Source: a virus. Taken from it: a stretch of DNA of 64,000 bases. The stretch covers positions 2,683 through 66,682 of the IMG/VR virus record IMGVR_UViG_3300020454_001183, one strand, 5' to 3'. A model generated the notes under the pieces. It had not been told where the DNA came from. It saw only the letters and a list, made by a program, of their open reading frames with translations, and did no database searches. Below are positions 46,893 through 57,930 of the stretch, piece by piece (within the stretch, counting starts at the first letter, position 1; the number at the start of each line of letters is the position of its first letter). Both the position numbers and the translations under genes were made by a program.

Positions 46893-49800
46893 TTATTTGA
46901 TTTTTGATTCTAACTCTTCTACTCTTTTGATAAGTTCTTTGTTTGATTCAATAAGTAGAGCTACTATCTTTTCGTATTTTACGGCTTTATATCCGTTATC
47001 TCTTGTTTCTACAATCTCTGGTAAAACTTTTTCTACCTCTTGTGCAATTACACCGATATCTTTTTTACCTTTGAATACTTCGTGCTTATCATTCCATACG
47101 AATGTGTTACCACTTAGTAATTTAATTTTTTCATTTGGATTCTCAATTGGTGTTATTAAATCCTTATATCTCTCATCCGAAGAAGCATATGCTACAACAT
47201 CTTCACCAACATTAAGTGTTTTTGCGATACCAACACCACCATCTATTACTACAGTACCACTTGTTTTGGAAGTTGATTGTGTAGTACCATTAAAGTTAAC
47301 TGTTCCAGCCATATCAGAACCACCAGATGTTGTTTTGATTCTTTCAACATTATTGTACCTAAGTTCTGCATAGGTTGCTGATGTATTTCCCGTATCTGTA
47401 CCTAATATTAATGTATTTTGGTTTGTACCACTTCCGTTTTCGTTTTGGAAATAAACTTCCCCACCATGTCTTGTTGATTTGAATAAAGTATCTGAACCGT
47501 CATCTTCAATTATAAAATCAGCTCCAGTACCTAATTTTATAGTATCACTATCATTAAGTTGAATACCTGCGGTAAAAGTAGCTTCAGAACTAAATGTTTT
47601 AGCCCCACTAAATGTTTGAGTTCCACTTAAATGTGCTGTATCTGAATCTAAATTAGCTGATGGTAACACACCTGTTACATCTGCTGTTAAATCAATTTGA
47701 TTTCTTGTAATTGTTTGTCCACTAATTGTTATATAATCAGGTGTACCACTTAAACTTACATTAGTTGAATTATCAGTTCCTGCAGCATCTACTCCTAAGT
47801 TTGTTCTTGCCCCAGCTGCATCTGTTGCACCAGTACCTCCTTTATTTACTGCTAAAGTACCAGTTGTTGAACCAATTGAAACTTGTGATGAACCCGATAC
47901 TACCCCTCCAATCAATTCAGCTGAAATAGTATCACCAGTTAAAATCATATTAACTTCTGATGTATCGGATACTGCTAAGTTTGTATTACTACTTATATCA
48001 ATAGATGATAAAGTTGCTAATGAACCCAATCCTAAATTATCCCTTGCATCACTTACAGAGTCTACATCATCTAAATTCTGTGCTGGTCTTAAAAAGTTAC
48101 TTTGTAATTGAGTTGAACCTGATATTACACCAGTTCCTCCGAATAGAGTTTCATCAGTTATACTACTACCCAATGATACAGATGTTCCACTAATTGTAAT
48201 TGCTGAATTTGCTAATTTACCATTTGCTATTGAACCTGCTAATTGTGAGTTAGTTATTGTACCACTTAAATTAGAAGTTTGATATCCTGTAGCGTCTGCT
48301 AAGTTGAAAGCTGGTGTAGAATCAGATGAACCTAAGTTTACGGATACTCCACCAAATGATACTGATTTATTAGAAATACTTGAACCATCAATTTGAGATG
48401 AACCAGAAACTACTCCATTTGTAGCTGCTATTGAACCAGTAATACTAAAACCTGTTATACTACCTCCAGTAGTTGCGGCGATAATACTTCCACCACTATA
48501 AACAGTAAAGTCACCAGTTAAATCTCCACCAGCCGAAGTAGTTACTACTCTATTGTTACCTGCATATTTTAATCCAGCTGCGTTACTATTTGCGAATATT
48601 TTTTCTGTATTGTTTGTGTTGACTTTAAAAACATCATTTCCATTAAATCCAAAATTTGTGTTCGTATCACCTTGATGAAAAATAAATGAATCTAATTCTA
48701 CATTTCCACTACCTTGATTTAGAATAATATCTTCTAAAGTTAAACCACTAATTTGAGCCGCACCTGATATTATTCCACTACCTACCTGTTCAAATGCTGA
48801 AGTAAGTTGTGCTGAACCAGTTACTACACCAACTCCCCCAAATAAAGTTTCATCGGTGATTGAACCACCAAGTGATACAGATGTTCCACTAATGGTAATT
48901 GCTGAATTTGCTAATTTACCATTTGCTATTGAACCAGCAAGTTGTGAATTAGTTATTGTACCATCTAATTCACTTGTTAAATATCCAGTTGCATCTGACA
49001 AATCAAATGCTGGTGTTGCATCTGAAGCTCCTAAAGCCACACTTACACCACCAAATGATACTGAACTATTACTAAGTTTAGAATTTGCTATTGAACCAGC
49101 TAAATCAGAATTTGTAATAGAGCCAGATTGAATTCCACTACCACCAGTTACAGTTTCTAAAGATATTTGTGAAGAACCTGATACAACCCCACCGATTAGT
49201 TCAGCAGAAAGTGTATCTCCACTAAGAATCATATTTACTTCTGATGTATCTGATACTGCTAAGTTTGTATCATCACCAATATCAATAGTATTTCTTGTAA
49301 TTTCTTGTCCACTAATTGTTATATAATTAGGTGTACCTGCTAAGGTTACATTTGTTGAATTATCAGTTCCTGCTGCATCTACACCTAAATTACTTCTTGC
49401 AGTTGATGCATTTGATAAATCGGATAAGTTACTTGTTTTAGCTAACTTTCCAGCTACTACTGTTGTTAAAGAATCAAGTGCACCACTATCAGCGGCTAAC
49501 GAAGCAGATATTTCACCAAGAGTATCAAATGCTGCTGGAGCATTTCCAACTAAATCAGTAAGTTCTGTTTGAACATAAGCCGTAGTTGCTATTTTTGTTG
49601 AATTATCATTTGAACTTGGTGTTGGTGCTGCTGTTGTTCCTGTAAATGTAGGGTCAGTAAACATTGTTGCTTTTGATTCATTTGTTACATTACCTAAACT
49701 TAAATTAGCTGCGGTTAGTGTTCTTGTTGAAACACTACCATTTGCATCTGTTACAAGTCCACTTGTATTTGTTGTTATATTGAAATCTAAATCAGAGATT

Positions 49801-51368
49801 ACAGTAGCTCCAGTTAATGCACCTGTATCAACATCTATATCATCACCAGCTAAGTTAGTTGGTAAAGTATAATTTACTGTTCCTGCTGCATCTACTCCAA
49901 GTGTTGTTCTAACTGCAGCTGCATCTGCATCATCTAATATTGTTTGTGCGAATGTTGTAGCAATTTGGTCTGAACCAGATACTACACCCTGTCCTAATTT
50001 TTTTGTAAATAAAGTATCTGATTCTGTTTCAGTATAATATCTACCATCTAAATTTACTGTACCAGCAGTAGCAGTAGTTACATGACCATTTGAGTCTAAT
50101 TGAATATCTAAATCTTGTAATACAGTTCCATTTGAGTTATCTTGTGATATATCTGAACCTGCACTTATGTTTGGGTGAGCGGTTAAATATGAACCAGTTG
50201 CTGCATTTAGTGATGTATTAGCATTTGATGCAGTAAATGTGTTTAATGATGTATTAGCATTTGATGCCGTAAATGTGTTTAATGAAGTATTTTTATAATC
50301 ATCATCCACATTTAAAGTTCTTGTTGAAGCTATAGTACCACCACCATTTAAACCAGTACCAGCAGTTATAGAAACTGAGGAGTGGTCTATGTGTTCATTT
50401 GCTACGAACCCACTTAGATTATCGTGAACAATTTCTGAATCAGTAGTTGATAAAGTATCACCAGTCAATGTAATACCAGTTCCACCAGCTAAGTTTGTAT
50501 CATCAGATATATCTACTGTTGTTAAGTAAGAACCAGTTGCTGCGTTTAGTGATGTATTAGCATTTGATGCAGTAAATGAGTTTAGTGATGTATTTTTATA
50601 ATCGGAATCAACATTTAAAGTTCTTGTAGATACTATTGTTCCACCACCATTAAGTCCTGTACCAGCAGTTATACTTACTCCACTATGGTCAATGTGTTCG
50701 TTTGCTACAAATCCACTTAGGTTATCGTGAACAATTGCACTATCATCAGTAGATATTGTGGCTGTACCTGAACCATCGAATGAGAAGTCAGCTATACCAG
50801 TTCCATCGGTAAGTGCATTTGAAGTTGTACCAATTGTTGTGGATGTAAATGCGTTTGAACCTAATTCTCTTGTTCCAACTACATTTGAACCATTTATCAT
50901 TAATGCGGTTGCTTCTGAGTTTTGTGCTGATAAATTAGTAAATTTTAAGTTTGTCGGTCCAATATTAACATTAGTACCTCTTTCTGTTGTGTCTGGGTCA
51001 GCTTCACCAATTTTAATAGTTGGTGAATTTATATGTAATGTTTGAGATTGTCCACCAACTAAGGCAGTTTTATTAAAGATAAAAAAGTTATCGTTAGCAC
51101 TATCACCTACTATTTGTAAACTTCCCGTACCACTACCTAATACTACTTTAGAACCAGCTGAAGTTCCATCATTATCACTTAGTTGGATTGAACCTGTAGT
51201 TATAGAATCAGTAGTTACTATATGTTGTATGGTAGCCGAACCATCGTTCTTTTCAAAGAATACTCTACCATCGTTTGTGTTTATTGCTATTTCACCTAAA
51301 GCAAGTTGTGAAGTAGTGGGTACTTTACCACTGGTTGATGAGCGTTTTAACTTTATTGTCTGTGCCAT
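46893..51368 (-). CDS. Long tail fibre with C-terminal peptidase S74 intramolecular chaperone
   Basis: N-terminal TIKLKRS...P...L.LGE.A.N..DG; Ser/Thr/Gly-rich duplicated modules; SSDERYKD, GVIAQEV, VKYEK and terminal coiled coil. Confidence 0.88.
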   Translation of the reverse strand: MAQTIKLKRSSTSGKVPTTSQLALGEIAINTNDGRVFFEKNDGSATIQHIVTTDSITTGSIQLSDNDGTSAGSKVVLGSGTGSLQIVGDSANDNFFIFNKTALVGGQSQTLHINSPTIKIGEADPDTTERGTNVNIGPTNLKFTNLSAQNSEATALMINGSNVVGTRELGSNAFTSTTIGTTSNALTDGTGIADFSFDGSGTATISTDDSAIVHDNLSGFVANEHIDHSGVSITAGTGLNGGGTIVSTRTLNVDSDYKNTSLNSFTASNANTSLNAATGSYLTTVDISDDTNLAGGTGITLTGDTLSTTDSEIVHDNLSGFVANEHIDHSSVSITAGTGLNGGGTIASTRTLNVDDDYKNTSLNTFTASNANTSLNTFTASNANTSLNAATGSYLTAHPNISAGSDISQDNSNGTVLQDLDIQLDSNGHVTTATAGTVNLDGRYYTETESDTLFTKKLGQGVVSGSDQIATTFAQTILDDADAAAVRTTLGVDAAGTVNYTLPTNLAGDDIDVDTGALTGATVISDLDFNITTNTSGLVTDANGSVSTRTLTAANLSLGNVTNESKATMFTDPTFTGTTAAPTPSSNDNSTKIATTAYVQTELTDLVGNAPAAFDTLGEISASLAADSGALDSLTTVVAGKLAKTSNLSDLSNASTARSNLGVDAAGTDNSTNVTLAGTPNYITISGQEITRNTIDIGDDTNLAVSDTSEVNMILSGDTLSAELIGGVVSGSSQISLETVTGGSGIQSGSITNSDLAGSIANSKLSNSSVSFGGVSVALGASDATPAFDLSDATGYLTSELDGTITNSQLAGSIANGKLANSAITISGTSVSLGGSITDETLFGGVGVVTGSAQLTSAFEQVGSGIISGAAQISGLTLEDIILNQGSGNVELDSFIFHQGDTNTNFGFNGNDVFKVNTNNTEKIFANSNAAGLKYAGNNRVVTTSAGGDLTGDFTVYSGGSIIAATTGGSITGFSITGSIAATNGVVSGSSQIDGSSISNKSVSFGGVSVNLGSSDSTPAFNLADATGYQTSNLSGTITNSQLAGSIANGKLANSAITISGTSVSLGSSITDETLFGGTGVISGSTQLQSNFLRPAQNLDDVDSVSDARDNLGLGSLATLSSIDISSNTNLAVSDTSEVNMILTGDTISAELIGGVVSGSSQVSIGSTTGTLAVNKGGTGATDAAGARTNLGVDAAGTDNSTNVSLSGTPDYITISGQTITRNQIDLTADVTGVLPSANLDSDTAHLSGTQTFSGAKTFSSEATFTAGIQLNDSDTIKLGTGADFIIEDDGSDTLFKSTRHGGEVYFQNENGSGTNQNTLILGTDTGNTSATYAELRYNNVERIKTTSGGSDMAGTVNFNGTTQSTSKTSGTVVIDGGVGIAKTLNVGEDVVAYASSDERYKDLITPIENPNEKIKLLSGNTFVWNDKHEVFKGKKDIGVIAQEVEKVLPEIVETRDNGYKAVKYEKIVALLIESNKELIKRVEELESKIK
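50181..50735. repeat. Intragenic duplication (about 215-250 bp) containing a 36-bp tandem unit
   Basis: HDNLSGFVANEHIDHS...GSYLT encoded twice (about 50521-50735 and 50181-50432); the second copy has an extra NTFTASNANTSL unit. Confidence 0.85.
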
Positions 51369-51382
51369 ATTAAACTAAAATT

Positions 51383-54300
51383 CTATTTAGATTTCAGTTC
51401 CTCAATTTCTTTTTTCAACTCTTTTATTGATTCAATCAGTAAAGGAACAATTTTATCATATTTAACTGCTAAGTATCCGTTTTCTCTTGTATCTACAAGT
51501 TCAGGCATCACTTTTTGGATTTCCTGTGCGATTACTCCGTAGTCTTTTCCATTATAAATATTCTGTTTTTCACTATTCCAATCAAAAGTGTTACCACTTA
51601 TTTGAGAAACTTTATCTAAAGCTCCTTCGATTGGTTTAATATTATCTTTTAATCTTTCATCTGATGATGCGAATGCGATTACATCACCACCAGCATTTAT
51701 TGTATTTAATACACCTAAACCACCAGCCACAACTAATGCTCCAGTAGTTTTAGATGTTGAATCAGTACCAGCCCCAACTCCTATATCATTTGTTGTATTT
51801 GAGCCACTATCAGTAACTTGCTGAAGTGTACCAACTCCACCACCTCCTCCACCTCCAGAGGAATTAATTGTTAAGGTATTACTTCCAGAACTAATTGTTA
51901 TATTAGTACCAGGTACTAAATTAGAAGCTATCCAATTTGGATGTTTAGTTGCATCACTAGCAGTTATAAATCCTAATCCACCTATTTGTGATGAACCACT
52001 TACTATTCCATGTCCATCTAATAATGTTAAAATTTCATTTGATTCAATACCACTTCCTAATGATGCCGTTATACCACTTGAAACAATCGCTGGTCTTTCA
52101 TAATTTTCCGTTAGTTGTACATCTACTTGCGTAGAACCACTTATCACTCCATTAGTTGCTAATATATGTCCAGAAACTCTTCCGAATGAACCTGTTTCAT
52201 GTACAGTTAAATCACCAAATTTAATTTCTTGAGTACCACTTACTATCAAACTTCCACTAACATCCAATACTGCATGTGGGATTGTATGATTACTACCGAT
52301 TGCTACTTTCTCATTATTATCAATGTGAATAGCCATTTCATTGTGGGTATTACTTTGACCTATACCAATAGTATCTGTACTTCCTAAGTAAGAGAATCTA
52401 GCTCCCTCACCATTTACATCTTTTAGAACTATTTTAGCTGCTGCATCTGTAGATTCAAATGTTGCTAAAATGTTTTCACTACTTGTTACATTTAATCTCT
52501 CAGCTCTTACTACACCATCTACAGTTACATTATCAGTTACCTTTACATCTTTAAATGAACCACTAGCAGTTGCAGTAATACTCTGAACACCAGTAATATT
52601 ATTACTATTTAAATTTAGCGTATCATCTATCGTTAGAGGTGAACCACCAGGTGCTAATATTGAAGAAGCTGATATAAGAATATTACCAACTGAAAGAGAG
52701 TTCGATGCATTTACATTTAAAAATGAACCACTAGCTGAACCACTAACATTAGAGGTAAAATGACCTCCCGAACCAGATATATTTCCAGTAGCGAAAACAA
52801 CACCTGTAACATCAATACCACCATTTGTAGTTATTAGTTTTGTATTGTTTTGGAAATCTAAATAAGTACCACCATCACCCCCACCTAATAAAGTTCCATT
52901 AGTATTTTGGAATATAAAGTTTTCTGCATCTATATTAAGATTAGCATTTGCTTGAATTCTTAAAGTTCCACCACTAGTATCGGTGTACATTCTATTATCG
53001 TTAGTTCCAAAATATAAAACACCTACACCACTTGGTGTACCTGAATTTGTACCTGTTTTAGGTATAGTAATATTTCCACCAACATCTAAGTCATCAGCTA
53101 CACTTACATCTTTAAATGAACCTGATGCTGAACCACTTAAATTACCAGTAATTTCTTGTGTACCAGTTATTCTTAATATTGAACCATCGAATGTTAAGTT
53201 TGCTGATGAATCTACTCCATGTGTACCTGTAAATGTTGTGATTTGATTATTTGTACCACTACCACTAATTATAGAATCACCATTATTTAGTAATATAGTT
53301 TGTTCTGAACCACTTTGTCCAGCAATCCATCTATCAGTTGTTCCATTCCAAAGGATTGAACCTGATAATACATTTGGTGCAGTTACATCATTAGCGTAAA
53401 GTCCAGCATATACAGATGAACCTCCGTAGTTAATGTTTATAATATTATCTGCTACATCTAATGTAGCTGTATTTGTAAATGTTCTAGTTCCATTTACTGT
53501 TAAGTCACCAGTAATAATTGTATTATCATCAATGGTAACAGTACCTCCAGCTGAATCTATAGTTAGATTTCCACTATCGGTATCAATTTCGTTATCACCC
53601 GTAATACCAACATTGATATTACCAGCATTTAAACCTGATGTTGTTATATCAGCACTTGAGGATATTTCTCCAGAAGAACTTAAAGCTCCTTGGATGAAAC
53701 CACCGTGTTCTCCGAGTTTTAAATATCCGATTATATCAACATCTGGGTCAAGCTTACTACCACCCTCTTGTGGAAAACTCACATCTTGATTTGCATCAAC
53801 ATTTATGGCTACCACACCACTTTCTTCTAATGAAATTCCATTATTAGATTTTAATCTTATCCCATCAGTTGAATCTACATCAAATGTAGTAGAATCTATA
53901 TTAACTGGCTTGTCTGAAGTTGTACCAATATTGATTGATGTTTCAGAATCTATACTTAAAGCGCCTGATGAGGAAATAGCGGTTGAACCTTCACCATTAA
54001 TTGTAATGTTTCCACTAGCATCTATATCTAAAGTGGTTGAATCAATGTCTATAGGTTTATCAGCGTTTGTACCAATTCCAATTGAAGTAGCTGAATCAAT
54101 AGTTAATGCTCCACTTGCATCCACATCGAATGTACTAGCATCTATATCGATTGGTACATCTTGAGCAGTTCCAATAAACATACCTGTACCGGCATCTACT
54201 CTAATATTACCACCAGCATCAATATCAATATTACTAGCACCACTACCACTAATTGTAATGTGACTACTTGCATCTATATCTAAAGTAGAGGAGTCTATAT

Positions 54301-55393
54301 CTATTGGTTTATCATTATCAGTACCGATTGAGATTGATGTATCTGAATCTAATGTTAATGCTCCAGCAGCGTTTACATCAAATACACCACTACCACTAAT
54401 AGTGATTGCACCACTTGCATCTATATCTAAAGTTGATGAATCTACATCAATTGGTACATCAGCTTCTACACCGATATCAATACCTGTAGAACCATCTAAT
54501 GTTAATTTTCCTCCATCTGCATCTACATCTACATTTTGTGAACCATTTACATTTACTGAAGTACCTTCTATTCTTACTGGTACTCTTTCTTCTAATCCTA
54601 TATGAATACCTTCTTCTGCATCTATCGATGCCGTAGTACCAGCAGTTATTGCTATTTTAGAATTTGTTGCATCTATAGTAATATCGCCTGTTGTATCGAT
54701 ATCTAAAGTACTAGCATCTACATCTATTGGTTTATCTGTTGTAGTACCAATATTAATTTGTGTTTGTGAATCTAAGGTAAGTGCGCCAGATGATGATATA
54801 TGTGTAGTACTTTCACCATTTAGTGTTATAGCGCCTGTAACATCAACATCTAAGTAGCTACCAACTTTTAAATGTGTAAATGTACCAGCTGATGCTGATA
54901 TATATGTATCTGAATGTAAATCAATTGGTCCACCATCTACGAAAAGTGAACCCGATAAGTTTAAGTTGGATAAATATCCATTTTGCCATCTTTGTGAATT
55001 CGAACCTAAATCAAATGAATCATCATTGTTTGGTATGAATGATGAACTTATATCAGCTTTAAATACAACATTATCATCGGATGCATCACCAAAATCGAGT
55101 CCACTACCACCCATTGTGATGTTTCCTCTTACTGTTGCGTTACCATCTAAAAATAAGTTAGATGCACTTACATCACCCGATACTAAGAATGAACCTGTGT
55201 TAATTGAATCAATCGTTGCTATCCTATAACCTACATTTCCAGCTGAAATACTGGGTGTAACTTCAGTATTTGTATATGTACTAACTCCACCACTTATGAT
55301 TAAAGTGTTAGCGTCAGTAAAGAAAATTGGTTCTGCGTATGCTAACGAGCCCGTTTCGGTATAATTACCCTGTTTGAATATCAGTACTGCCAT
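51383..55393 (-). CDS. Tail fibre/spike with central beta-helix-like repeats and C-terminal peptidase S74 chaperone
   Basis: Repeated PIDID(A/S)STLDIDA.G.ITI units; SSDERLKDNI, GVIAQEI, VKYDK. Confidence 0.85.
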   Translation of the reverse strand: MAVLIFKQGNYTETGSLAYAEPIFFTDANTLIISGGVSTYTNTEVTPSISAGNVGYRIATIDSINTGSFLVSGDVSASNLFLDGNATVRGNITMGGSGLDFGDASDDNVVFKADISSSFIPNNDDSFDLGSNSQRWQNGYLSNLNLSGSLFVDGGPIDLHSDTYISASAGTFTHLKVGSYLDVDVTGAITLNGESTTHISSSGALTLDSQTQINIGTTTDKPIDVDASTLDIDTTGDITIDATNSKIAITAGTTASIDAEEGIHIGLEERVPVRIEGTSVNVNGSQNVDVDADGGKLTLDGSTGIDIGVEADVPIDVDSSTLDIDASGAITISGSGVFDVNAAGALTLDSDTSISIGTDNDKPIDIDSSTLDIDASSHITISGSGASNIDIDAGGNIRVDAGTGMFIGTAQDVPIDIDASTFDVDASGALTIDSATSIGIGTNADKPIDIDSTTLDIDASGNITINGEGSTAISSSGALSIDSETSINIGTTSDKPVNIDSTTFDVDSTDGIRLKSNNGISLEESGVVAINVDANQDVSFPQEGGSKLDPDVDIIGYLKLGEHGGFIQGALSSSGEISSSADITTSGLNAGNINVGITGDNEIDTDSGNLTIDSAGGTVTIDDNTIITGDLTVNGTRTFTNTATLDVADNIININYGGSSVYAGLYANDVTAPNVLSGSILWNGTTDRWIAGQSGSEQTILLNNGDSIISGSGTNNQITTFTGTHGVDSSANLTFDGSILRITGTQEITGNLSGSASGSFKDVSVADDLDVGGNITIPKTGTNSGTPSGVGVLYFGTNDNRMYTDTSGGTLRIQANANLNIDAENFIFQNTNGTLLGGGDGGTYLDFQNNTKLITTNGGIDVTGVVFATGNISGSGGHFTSNVSGSASGSFLNVNASNSLSVGNILISASSILAPGGSPLTIDDTLNLNSNNITGVQSITATASGSFKDVKVTDNVTVDGVVRAERLNVTSSENILATFESTDAAAKIVLKDVNGEGARFSYLGSTDTIGIGQSNTHNEMAIHIDNNEKVAIGSNHTIPHAVLDVSGSLIVSGTQEIKFGDLTVHETGSFGRVSGHILATNGVISGSTQVDVQLTENYERPAIVSSGITASLGSGIESNEILTLLDGHGIVSGSSQIGGLGFITASDATKHPNWIASNLVPGTNITISSGSNTLTINSSGGGGGGGVGTLQQVTDSGSNTTNDIGVGAGTDSTSKTTGALVVAGGLGVLNTINAGGDVIAFASSDERLKDNIKPIEGALDKVSQISGNTFDWNSEKQNIYNGKDYGVIAQEIQKVMPELVDTRENGYLAVKYDKIVPLLIESIKELKKEIEELKSK

Positions 55394-55450
55394 TTATTTG
55401 TAAACCCCTATAAGTTCTATAGTAATAAATATATAGAATATAAATTAACC

Positions 55451-55483
55451 AAAAAAAATCCCCAATCTTTCGAAAGGGGATTT
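55451..55483 (-). terminator. Intrinsic terminator
   Basis: AAATCCCC...GGGGATTT stem followed by a T run on the coding strand; a class II motif follows at 55425-55433. Confidence 0.75.
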
Positions 55484-55505
55484 CTTATTATTATCATTTT
55501 ACTGA

Positions 55506-57227
55506 TTAAAACTCACCACCATCTAAGGTTAATGTTAGAGATGATATGTCTGTTGATGATACTAATTGTTTAGAACCATTAGTAACAACTAACTGAGAAG
55601 CGGTTAATCCACTTAGTACTAAATCATTTGCGATTGTTACAGTTGTACCACTTTCAGTAATAATAGAGTCGGTAATTACACCATCAGCTGAAAACTTAGT
55701 AATCGTTCCAGCAGTATCAGTACCATTTCCTAAAATTACTCTAGCTTCTGAACCTAATGCTCCAGCAATCCAATAATCTGCGGATGCATCCCATACTAAT
55801 GAACCTGAAGTTCCTGTACCTACTGCATCTTTTACTAAAATACCAGCATCAGCCGCAGTACCAGCGTAGTTCAACTCTAATATATTATCACCAATGTTTA
55901 GATTGGATGATGAAATATAAGTTGTTGTCCCATTTACAGTTAAATCACCAGCAACTGTTACTCCACCACTAAATGTAGCGGTATCAGATGATTGGTTACC
56001 AATTGTAAAGTTACCACCTAAGTCAGCGTTTAATGCAGTTGCTATTTCTGCACCTGTTTGGTCTGCAGTTGCTCCATCTTCTACATTTATAATAGTTCTA
56101 ACTTGTGTTGCAGTTAATGCTTGAGGTGCACCTGCACCACCACCATTTGCTCTACCTTGAATTCTATCAGCGGCCATATTAGCTTGTTTTGCTAATGTAA
56201 TACCAGCATCTTTTACTCTAAGTGCATCAGAGTTGGTTTCGATTGTTGAATCATCAACTTCAACTGTTAATGTTACTGCTCCACTTGAACCACCACCAGA
56301 TAAACCATCACCAGCAGTTACACCAGTAATATCACCAGCAACTCCTACTAATTGATTCGAGGATACTGATAAGTTAGCACCTGCTATAGCAGTTAAGAAA
56401 TCACCAATTGCTTCTCTTTTAACACCACTATCAGTGCCATCAAAGAATACAAGTGAATCTTCACCTTCTGCGATAGCCGTATCTGATATTCCAGCTGCGG
56501 TTAAAAATGAACCAGTTGCTGAGTTAAGAGATGTATTAGCGTTACTCGCTGTAAATGAGTTTAATGATGTATTTAAAAGTGCATCACCTGCTTTAAGTCC
56601 ACTAGCACCTACTGATAAGGTTGAACCATCTAAATCAATGGATAACGCTGAACCAGCACCACCAGTTAAACCATTACCAGCTGCAGCCGCTGCGATTCTT
56701 AAATTTTCTGAACCATCAGCTTCTAAACCAGTTCCTGCAAAGTCTGATGCATCAATATCAAAAGTTATTGTTGAATCACCAGAAGCGTTCAATGTAAATG
56801 AACCACCAGTTTTTAAACCATCACCAGCAGTTAATGTTATTGTTGAATCATTAACACTTGCTAATTCAGAAACCTGTGAAGATGAGGATACAATACCTGA
56901 ACCTCTCAAGTCTAATGAATTAGTTGTAAATTCTACATTTGTGTTACCTCCGTGCCCAAGAATATGTAATTTCTTAGCATCGGTTTCATAGTACGGAATA
57001 CCATCGACTGAGTGGTCAAAAGAACCACCTGTTACATCTAAGGTTGCCGAACCTGTTAATATTTTGTTAGAGGGAGTTAATACATTTCCTTCAACCCCAA
57101 CAAATAGTAAACCCTCTTGGTGTACTGATAAGTCAGAACCCGAAGCGATGATTAACTCACCATTAATCGGGGTTATGCTTGCTATACTCTCGAGTTTACC
57201 TCTTCTATGTTTAATAGTTTGAGCCAT
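55506..57227 (-). CDS. Tail fibre-like structural protein
   Basis: MAQTIKHRRG start, AGDGL repeats, GDLTVNGTTT...I.DN.LELN module, C-terminal LDGGEF. Confidence 0.8.
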   Translation of the reverse strand: MAQTIKHRRGKLESIASITPINGELIIASGSDLSVHQEGLLFVGVEGNVLTPSNKILTGSATLDVTGGSFDHSVDGIPYYETDAKKLHILGHGGNTNVEFTTNSLDLRGSGIVSSSSQVSELASVNDSTITLTAGDGLKTGGSFTLNASGDSTITFDIDASDFAGTGLEADGSENLRIAAAAAGNGLTGGAGSALSIDLDGSTLSVGASGLKAGDALLNTSLNSFTASNANTSLNSATGSFLTAAGISDTAIAEGEDSLVFFDGTDSGVKREAIGDFLTAIAGANLSVSSNQLVGVAGDITGVTAGDGLSGGGSSGAVTLTVEVDDSTIETNSDALRVKDAGITLAKQANMAADRIQGRANGGGAGAPQALTATQVRTIINVEDGATADQTGAEIATALNADLGGNFTIGNQSSDTATFSGGVTVAGDLTVNGTTTYISSSNLNIGDNILELNYAGTAADAGILVKDAVGTGTSGSLVWDASADYWIAGALGSEARVILGNGTDTAGTITKFSADGVITDSIITESGTTVTIANDLVLSGLTASQLVVTNGSKQLVSSTDISSLTLTLDGGEF

Positions 57228-57319
57228 AATTTTTATTTTCCTTTTTTAATAATTAAATCGTAACATTTTTTAAAGAGTATATACCCCGATTAAAAACTCT
57301 ATATAGAGTCCATATTTAA

Positions 57320-57329
57320 TATAAATATA
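57320..57329 (-). promoter_or_regulatory. Class II (late) promoter element TATATTTATA
   Basis: Directly after the stop of 57331..57930. Confidence 0.6.
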
Positions 57330-57330
57330 A

Positions 57331-57930
57331 CTAAAATTCAGAACCATCTAAATCAGAGCTCTGAACTCCACCTTGGAAGTGTGTTGAACCAGTATCTAAA
57401 CCAATATTTCCACTTCCTGTTGTTAATCCTAATCCAGCTAATGAACCACTATCAACACCAATTACTACATCACCACTAGCTCCTCCGCCTAAAATTCCAC
57501 TACCTGCAGTTACTGCAGTTATATCTCCACTACCTCCACCTCCTCCAGAACCAGTCAACGCTGATAAATCAACAGACATTGATATTTGTTCTGAACCTGA
57601 TAATTCTTGTCCAAATAATGTTAAGGTATTAGTACCATCAAATGATGCTGATACAAATGAACCTGTTACATAACTAAATGGTTTAAAGGTTACAGTATCA
57701 ACAAAAGAGTTTGGTGGGTCTGCTGGAGTCACTGTTGCTTGAAATAAAGAACCACTATCTTCTACATAAACAATTTGCCCATCCGAAAAATAATTTACAG
57801 ATGTTGCATTCATTGTTGATGCTGATACATAAGTTTTAAATGCACCTTTTATTCTATCTACATCAGCAAGCACTATATTGTTACTCTGTGCAGTTGATGA
57901 TAATTGTAATTTTGAACTAAACGATGGCAT
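57331..57930 (-). CDS. Short fibre-like structural protein
   Basis: GDITAVTAGSG module shared with the neighbour, C-terminal LDGSEF; class II motif at 57951-57959. Confidence 0.7.
   Translation of the reverse strand: MPSFSSKLQLSSTAQSNNIVLADVDRIKGAFKTYVSASTMNATSVNYFSDGQIVYVEDSGSLFQATVTPADPPNSFVDTVTFKPFSYVTGSFVSASFDGTNTLTLFGQELSGSEQISMSVDLSALTGSGGGGGSGDITAVTAGSGILGGGASGDVVIGVDSGSLAGLGLTTGSGNIGLDTGSTHFQGGVQSSDLDGSEF

Noticed and set aside
46893-57227. Diversity-generating retroelement targeting the fibres
   Set aside because: No reverse transcriptase in the window; the repeats are in-frame coding duplications with mostly synonymous, not adenine-specific, differences.
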